A stretch of 64,000 nucleotides of DNA. It comes from Candidatus Zhuqueibacterota bacterium. GTDB lineage: Bacteria > Zhuqueibacterota > Zhuqueibacteria > Residuimicrobiales > Krinioviventaceae. Positions 58,238 through 64,000 of this stretch are shown one piece after another (position 1 is the stretch's first letter; every line of letters starts with the position of its first letter). A program made the position numbers and the translations under genes. The notes beneath the pieces were generated by a model, which ran no database searches, was not told the origin of the DNA, and was given only the letters and a program-made list of their open reading frames with translations. Location: positions 84,164 to 148,163 of the forward strand of contig JAFGKD010000071.1 in NCBI GenBank assembly GCA_016928775.1, read 5' to 3'.

Positions 58238-59383
58238 ATGACGCATCGAGAACGACTCTTAACCTCTCTAAACCACAAAGAACCGGATCGCGTGCCAATC
58301 GATCTGGCGAGTACGCAAGTGACCGGCATTTCATTGACTGCCTATACAAATCTGAGATCCTGTCTGGGATTGCCGGAACAGCAACCGGTGATCTGCGATC
58401 GAATCCAGCAGATTGTACTTCCGCACGATGAGGTTTATGCAAAGTTCGGTATCGATACACGCGGCCTGTGTCCGGTGATGAATCATACGGATTTTGATGA
58501 CCGGCAAGATGGCGAACTCCTCCGTCATGTTGATGAATGGTCGTTTACCTATCAACGACATAAAAAGACCGGGCTCTGGTATGACCTGGTCAAACATCCA
58601 TTGGACGCGGAGATGATCACGGCAGACGAGGTTGTTGCGTATCAATTCCCCCGGGGAGACGAGCCTCGACGAATTGCCGGTTTGAGAAAACAAGCTGAAC
58701 AGTTCCGCAACTCCGGCTATGCGGTCGTGCTCAAAAGCGCGTGCGCCGGCTTGTTTGAAATGCTTATACGAATTCGTGGCATGCAGAACGCCATGCTCGA
58801 TTTGATACTCAATCAAAAAATTGCCGCTCTTATCCTGGACGGCGTTTTACGCTACAAGCTCGAGTATTGGGACATGGCGTTAGCTGAATTGGGTGATCTG
58901 GTGGATGTTCTCGCTGAGGGTGATGATTTTGGCACGCAAACTTCACAACTGATTTCTCTCGAAACCTGGCGACAGATGATCAAACCGCGACAGCAGGAGC
59001 TCATCCAATCCATACGAGGTAAAGCGCCAGCCGCCAAACTGTTTTTCCATTCATGTGGCATGATACGTCCCTTTTTGCCGGAATTCATTGACATGGGCAT
59101 CGATATCATCAATCCGGTGCACATCACGGCAGCGGGCATGCAACCAAAAGAGCTGAAAAAAGATTTTGGCAGTGAGGTCGTTTTTTGGGGCGGTGGCATA
59201 AATACGCAGGAAACCTTGCCGCATGGTACCCCGGACCAGGTCAAGCAAGAGGTCAAACGCCTTTTGGATATCTGGGCGCCACACGGCGGCTATGTGTTCA
59301 ATACGATTCATAACATCCAGGCCGATGTGCCACCGGAAAATATCGTTGCCATGTTTGAAGCTGTACATGAATTTTTTTTATGA
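58238..59383 (+). CDS. Uroporphyrinogen decarboxylase-fold (MtaA/CmuA-like) protein
   Basis: MTHRER..HKEPDRVPID, GDDFGTQ, FFHSCG, FWGGGINTQ, HNIQADVPPEN. Confidence 0.9.
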   Translation: MTHRERLLTSLNHKEPDRVPIDLASTQVTGISLTAYTNLRSCLGLPEQQPVICDRIQQIVLPHDEVYAKFGIDTRGLCPVMNHTDFDDRQDGELLRHVDEWSFTYQRHKKTGLWYDLVKHPLDAEMITADEVVAYQFPRGDEPRRIAGLRKQAEQFRNSGYAVVLKSACAGLFEMLIRIRGMQNAMLDLILNQKIAALILDGVLRYKLEYWDMALAELGDLVDVLAEGDDFGTQTSQLISLETWRQMIKPRQQELIQSIRGKAPAAKLFFHSCGMIRPFLPEFIDMGIDIINPVHITAAGMQPKELKKDFGSEVVFWGGGINTQETLPHGTPDQVKQEVKRLLDIWAPHGGYVFNTIHNIQADVPPENIVAMFEAVHEFFL

Positions 59384-59392
59384 GCTGTTTCC

Positions 59393-61195
59393 ATGTTAAA
59401 TAGAAGACACTTTTTAAAAGCAATCGGCGCCGGTAGTGTGATGATGACGCTTGTCGGCGAGTTTTCTTGCCGAAAAACTAGCCCAAAACCCAATGTCATT
59501 TTGATCGTGACCGACGATCAGGGGTATGGCGACCTCGGCTGTCACGGAAATCCGATTGTTCGGACGCCGAATATGGACATGCTGCACGCCGAGAGCGTCC
59601 GTTTGACCAACTTTCACGTCGGGCCAACCTGCGCGCCAACACGCGCGTCGCTGATGACCGGACGCTACTGCAATCGAACCGGCGTCTGGCACACCGTGAT
59701 GGGACGATCGCTACTACGCGAAGACGAAGTGACCATGGCGGACGTGTTTTGGTCCGCCGGTTATCAAACGGCACTATTCGGTAAATGGCACCTTGGTGAT
59801 AACTACCCCTTCCGACCGCAAGACCGGGGCTTTGATGAGAGTCTGATCCATGGTGGTGGTGGTGTCACACAAACGCCGGATTACTGGGATAATGACTATT
59901 TTGATGATACCTATTTCCGCAACGGTCAACCCGTAAAGGTCAAAGGCTATTGCACGGATGTGTGGTTTGATTATGCCCTGAAATTTATCGAAAAAAACGC
60001 GGATAAACCGTTCTTTTGCATGATCACCACGAACGCACCGCATGGGCCATATCATGTGGCTGAAAAATACAGTGAACCTTATGCGCAACAGGGACTCACT
60101 GCGCAACGTTCCAGGTTTTACGGCATGATCACCAACATCGATGAGAATCTCGCCAGGCTGGATACTCATCTCAAAACCCTTGGGCTGTTTGATCATACCA
60201 TCACTATTTTTATGACTGACAACGGTACTGCTGCCGGCGCTGATGTCGATGCGCACGGATTTGTCACGGATGGCTACAACGCCGGCATGCGCGGCAAAAA
60301 AGGCAGCGAATACGACGGCGGTCATCGTGTGCCCTGCTTTATTCGCTGGCCGTCGGGTGGTATTGGCGGCGGAAACGATGTGACTCGACTCACGGCGCAT
60401 ATCGATATATTGCCAACGTTGATGGACCTGTGTGCCATCCCGCGCACGCCGGAGCATCAGATGGATGGAAAAAGTCTTGTCCCTTTGCTCACGCAGCCGC
60501 AGGCGGAATGGCCTGAGCGTTTTCTGGTGACGGATTCACAACGCATCGAGCATCCCGAGAAATGGCGAAAAAGCGCGGTGATGACCGATCGCTGGCGTTT
60601 GATCAATGGATCGGAACTCTATGATATCCAAACTGATCCCGGGCAAGTATTGGACATCGCGTCGGAAAATGAAGCCATTGTCCGGCAGCTGCGCGCGGCT
60701 TATGAATCGTGGTGGAGCGACGTCTCAAAACGATTTCATGAATATTGCCATATACGCATTGGCGCCGAGCAGGAAAATCCGGTTCGGCTCACCGCACACG
60801 ATTGGCACCACTTTCCCATGCCATGGAATCAGGCGCTCATCCGACAGGGTCACCTCTCGAACGGCTTCTGGGCAGTTGACATCGTGCGGGATGGACCGTA
60901 CGAATTTACCCTGCGGCGGTGGCCGCGCGAACTGAATAACGGTATCAATCAGGGTCTCCAGGCAAAGAGCGGAATCCCCGGCATTGACGACATGCCGCCC
61001 GGAAAAGTTTTCAATATTTTCAAAGGAAAAATAAAAATCGCCGATATTGAAAAAGAGCAAGCCCTAAAGGCGGATGCCAGGGAGCTTGTGTTCACGCTCA
61101 CACTAAAAAAAGGAAAAACAACCTTAAAAACCTGGTTCTTTGATGCTGGCGGCGATACGCTTGGCGCATATTATGTCTATGTCAAAAAATTATGA
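59393..61195 (+). CDS. Tat-exported arylsulfatase (S1)
   Basis: NRRHFL; PNVILIVTDDQGYGD; CAPTR; GKWHLG; TDNG. Confidence 0.95.
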   Translation: MLNRRHFLKAIGAGSVMMTLVGEFSCRKTSPKPNVILIVTDDQGYGDLGCHGNPIVRTPNMDMLHAESVRLTNFHVGPTCAPTRASLMTGRYCNRTGVWHTVMGRSLLREDEVTMADVFWSAGYQTALFGKWHLGDNYPFRPQDRGFDESLIHGGGGVTQTPDYWDNDYFDDTYFRNGQPVKVKGYCTDVWFDYALKFIEKNADKPFFCMITTNAPHGPYHVAEKYSEPYAQQGLTAQRSRFYGMITNIDENLARLDTHLKTLGLFDHTITIFMTDNGTAAGADVDAHGFVTDGYNAGMRGKKGSEYDGGHRVPCFIRWPSGGIGGGNDVTRLTAHIDILPTLMDLCAIPRTPEHQMDGKSLVPLLTQPQAEWPERFLVTDSQRIEHPEKWRKSAVMTDRWRLINGSELYDIQTDPGQVLDIASENEAIVRQLRAAYESWWSDVSKRFHEYCHIRIGAEQENPVRLTAHDWHHFPMPWNQALIRQGHLSNGFWAVDIVRDGPYEFTLRRWPRELNNGINQGLQAKSGIPGIDDMPPGKVFNIFKGKIKIADIEKEQALKADARELVFTLTLKKGKTTLKTWFFDAGGDTLGAYYVYVKKL

Positions 61196-62694
61196 CCTCT
61201 TCTCCTGAACACTATATCACTGTTTCGCTCAACGACGGTTTTTCTGTTGTGCATGTGCGAGCACAGCCCGGTGAACGGCTTTTTGATGTGTTGCGCAGAG
61301 GCGGCAAGCCAGTGCATGCGCCGTGCGGCGGCAAAGGAACGTGCAAAAAGTGTCTGGTCACAATCGATGGTATTGGCGAGGCTTTGGCATGCCAGTTTGT
61401 GGTGCAGCACGATGTCCTCGTACACGTGCCGATATCTCATCGTTTTGCTATTATGGAAGCCCAAAACCTGCACGCCCGCCAGTTTGTTAAAAATCCACCA
61501 AGCGAGGGATTCGGACTGGCGATTGATATCGGTACAACGACAGTGGTTTTGTTTTTGGAAGAGTTGTCCACGTTTCAAGTCATTGATGTCCTCTCTTTCA
61601 TCAATCCGCAAACAACCTATGGCGGGGATGTCATTTCCCGTATCGCCTTTTGTATCGAACAACCGAATGGTCTGGTGACACTGCAGCACATTCTATCGGA
61701 GGCGATAAATCAAACGACAGAGTCTTTGTGTCGGAAAAACCATATCTCTCCACAACGCATTGACAGCATGACTGTGGTCGGAAATACAGTGATGCTGCAT
61801 CTCTTTTGTCGCGTTGATCCACGCTCCATCGCTTATGCGCCGTATACGCCGGTTTTTGTTGATGAGCAGCGGAAACGGGCGCGACAGCTCAACCTTGATG
61901 TCTCTCCCGATGCCCTGGTTACGATTTTGCCATCCATTGCCGGTTATGTGGGGGCAGATATTCTGGCTGGTGTCGCGACAACGGATTTATTAGATCGCGA
62001 TGGATTCACTCTTTATATTGACATTGGCACCAATGGAGAAATTGTCCTGGGTAACAAGGACCGAATTTATTGCTGCGCCACCGCGGCTGGTCCGGCATTT
62101 GAGGGCGCCACAATCGAATGCGGTATTGGCGCGGTGGAGGGCGCTATTTCCGAGTATATCGAGGGTGAGATCACGACGATTGGCGCCGCAGCCCCCGTTG
62201 GTATATGCGGCTCAGGCTTGATCGATATCGTCGCGGAGCTGCTCAATAAAAAATTGATCGATGCCGGTGGTCGCATGGAAAACGAGTTTACTATCGTCAA
62301 GCAAAAAGAGTGCGCGGTGAATCATGACATTGTTCTCACGCCAAAAGATATTCGCGAGGTGCAGTTGGCCAAAGCTGCCATTTATGCCGGCATCCGCACA
62401 TTGTTAAAACACGCTGATGTGTCCATCGACCAGATCGAACGACTCTATCTTGCGGGCGGCTTTGGGTCGACCATTCGCACAAGCAGTGCGATTCGAATCG
62501 GACTGTTACCACAAGAATTGTCCAATCGAATTTTTCCGATTGGCAACAGCGCTGCAACCGGCGCGCGACTTGCTCTGGAATCGCATGCTTTCAGAGCGGA
62601 GATCGACAAGGTGCGTGCGACAGCCGACTATATTGAGCTCTCCATGCGCCCCGATTTTAATGCGTTTTATATCTCCGCGATGGGTTTTGAATAA
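61192..62694 (+). CDS. ASKHA ATPase with N-terminal 2Fe-2S domain (RACE/RamA-like reductive activator of corrinoid enzymes)
   Basis: CGGKGTCKKC..LACQ; AIDIGTTT, GDVISRI, IDIGTNGE, AAGPAFEG, GICGSG, LAGGFG. Confidence 0.92.
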   Translation: MTSSPEHYITVSLNDGFSVVHVRAQPGERLFDVLRRGGKPVHAPCGGKGTCKKCLVTIDGIGEALACQFVVQHDVLVHVPISHRFAIMEAQNLHARQFVKNPPSEGFGLAIDIGTTTVVLFLEELSTFQVIDVLSFINPQTTYGGDVISRIAFCIEQPNGLVTLQHILSEAINQTTESLCRKNHISPQRIDSMTVVGNTVMLHLFCRVDPRSIAYAPYTPVFVDEQRKRARQLNLDVSPDALVTILPSIAGYVGADILAGVATTDLLDRDGFTLYIDIGTNGEIVLGNKDRIYCCATAAGPAFEGATIECGIGAVEGAISEYIEGEITTIGAAAPVGICGSGLIDIVAELLNKKLIDAGGRMENEFTIVKQKECAVNHDIVLTPKDIREVQLAKAAIYAGIRTLLKHADVSIDQIERLYLAGGFGSTIRTSSAIRIGLLPQELSNRIFPIGNSAATGARLALESHAFRAEIDKVRATADYIELSMRPDFNAFYISAMGFE

Positions 62695-62700
62695 ACCACA

Positions 62701-63732
62701 TTACCAACGCGACTGGATTGTGTCGATAAATGCGCACAGGTTTTGCGTACTCACTCCGGGTGGCATGCCGCCGCCACAGGAAAAGATAACATGCGATTTA
62801 TCCTCCAGTGTGCTCATCAGTTTTAACGCGGCCTCCCGGACATCTTCAGGTCTGCCGTTTGCCAAAACATCGCGCGGCGGAATATTGCCCAACAGGGTCA
62901 CGCGCTGATGGGTTAATTTTTTCAGCTCATTCATGTCCGTGTCAAAGCCCATGTTGAACAGATTGACGCCCATCTCCGGCAAATAGGGCGCAGATATCCG
63001 ACAGGGCGCATCATTGTGCAGAAATTTGACGCTGACATCACTGTCGAACAAATCTTTAAAATAGGGAAGTGCAAACTCGACAAATTGCGCCTCTCCCAAA
63101 AAGCCGATGATGTCATCGAGCAGCAAAATACCGTCAATCGATGCAAATGACTGGCGCTGCAGATCAAGCCATTGTTTGAGAAAGGTGCTCACCTTGGAGA
63201 GCAGCGTATGGATTTTCTCAGGCTCCATCATCATTGTTGTGAGCAGCTCGGTTGTGCCCATCAGGTAGCTGGCGATATTGAGCGGTCCGCGCGCCACTGC
63301 AAAACGAATTTGATGGCCAATATTTTCGATGTGAGGTTGGGCGAGTTTTAATCGGTTCAACATAAACGGTAACAGGCCGTCGGTTGCGGGATTCGGTTGC
63401 GGCAACGCCTCTATATCCGAGACAGAATGGATTACCTTGTGGGCGTGCGGAAATTCGTTTGCCGGAAAAGTGCTGCGGGCACCGAAAACAGATGGCTCGG
63501 TGCACATGCCGTACTCGGACCAAAATCCTGGTAAAAACAGAACCTCGGGAAAAGTTTCGACAACCTGTTTATTGGCTTTGAACCACATCTCGTCATTGGA
63601 AAAATAGTCCAAAATGGTGATGCCAGTCCAGTTCGGCAGCCAGGGACTGTCGATGATAAAGCCAATGGGTGGCGATGCTGTTGTATCGCCATGAATAATT
63701 TTTAAGAGATTGTTCCATTGATCAAGAGTCAT
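62701..63732 (-). CDS. Uroporphyrinogen decarboxylase-fold (MtaA-like) protein
   Basis: RGPLNIAS, LDDIIG, FLHND, LLGNIPP, SCGGG. Confidence 0.85.
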   Translation of the reverse strand: MTLDQWNNLLKIIHGDTTASPPIGFIIDSPWLPNWTGITILDYFSNDEMWFKANKQVVETFPEVLFLPGFWSEYGMCTEPSVFGARSTFPANEFPHAHKVIHSVSDIEALPQPNPATDGLLPFMLNRLKLAQPHIENIGHQIRFAVARGPLNIASYLMGTTELLTTMMMEPEKIHTLLSKVSTFLKQWLDLQRQSFASIDGILLLDDIIGFLGEAQFVEFALPYFKDLFDSDVSVKFLHNDAPCRISAPYLPEMGVNLFNMGFDTDMNELKKLTHQRVTLLGNIPPRDVLANGRPEDVREAALKLMSTLEDKSHVIFSCGGGMPPGVSTQNLCAFIDTIQSRW

Positions 63733-63878
63733 ATGCGCTCCAATTTTAATATTTTACAATATAATACCTTTTCTGCAAACGTTACAGCTTGAATTTTTAA
63801 TAATTTTTTTTTAAACTTGGCGAAACGGGTAAAATGATTGTTTGCTATCAAATCATACAAATTGATCTGAGGATATCT

Positions 63879-64000
63879 ATGAAATATATCGTGTTGCTCT
63901 TGCTGGTTTTTGTCGTTTTGGCTACTGCCCAGGAAAACGTGATTAAAAATGGTGAATTCGATCAAGGCAGGCGCTCCTGGAGTATCAAAGCATACAACGA
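63879..64000 (+). CDS. Start of a secreted protein with a CBM4/9-like domain (runs off the window end)
   Basis: GAGG RBS; MKYIVLLLLVFVVLATA-QENVIKNGEFDQG..W. Confidence 0.7.
   Translation, partial: MKYIVLLLLVFVVLATAQENVIKNGEFDQGRRSWSIKAYN

Noticed and set aside
58238..59383. hemE (true uroporphyrinogen decarboxylase), also considered for 11656 and 62701
   Set aside because: All lack the MRQAGR signature, and no heme pathway genes are adjacent
1..64000. rRNA, tRNA, prophage, integron, selenocysteine or programmed frameshift signals
   Set aside because: None recognisable by eye; tRNAscan and Infernal were not run, so small RNAs cannot be excluded

Overview
A gene-dense bacterial window; coding style, C-terminal 'QNYPNPFN' secretion tails and the sulfatase/CAZyme load suggest an FCB-group organism such as KSB1/Calditrichota (inference). 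I saw no rRNA, tRNA or CRISPR. Main content: secreted LRR/Ig and CotH proteins; four sulfatases; GH29, GH97, five-bladed GH and DUF4038 enzymes; an aldo-keto reductase/lactonase/dehydrogenase/mutarotase/FucP operon headed by uxaE (probable L-galactose to fructuronate route); a GT2/GT-C glycosylation cassette; three UroD/MtaA-fold proteins plus a corrinoid activator (RACE/ASKHA); a RyR-domain channel-like protein; and an IS1634 remnant. The best candidate for an undescribed system is a convergent four-gene module at 36.6-44.6 kb. It combines an NTT-type nucleotide translocase-HEAT fusion, a signal-peptide-bearing dikinase with glucan-water-dikinase-like domain order, and two exported class A beta-lactamase-fold proteins, suggesting ATP export for periplasmic phosphorylation. 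Also visible directly in the sequence is a three-layer nested repeat at 11.15-11.5 kb: a MITE with TIRs and a perfect 9-bp target duplication inserted into a REP-like palindrome.
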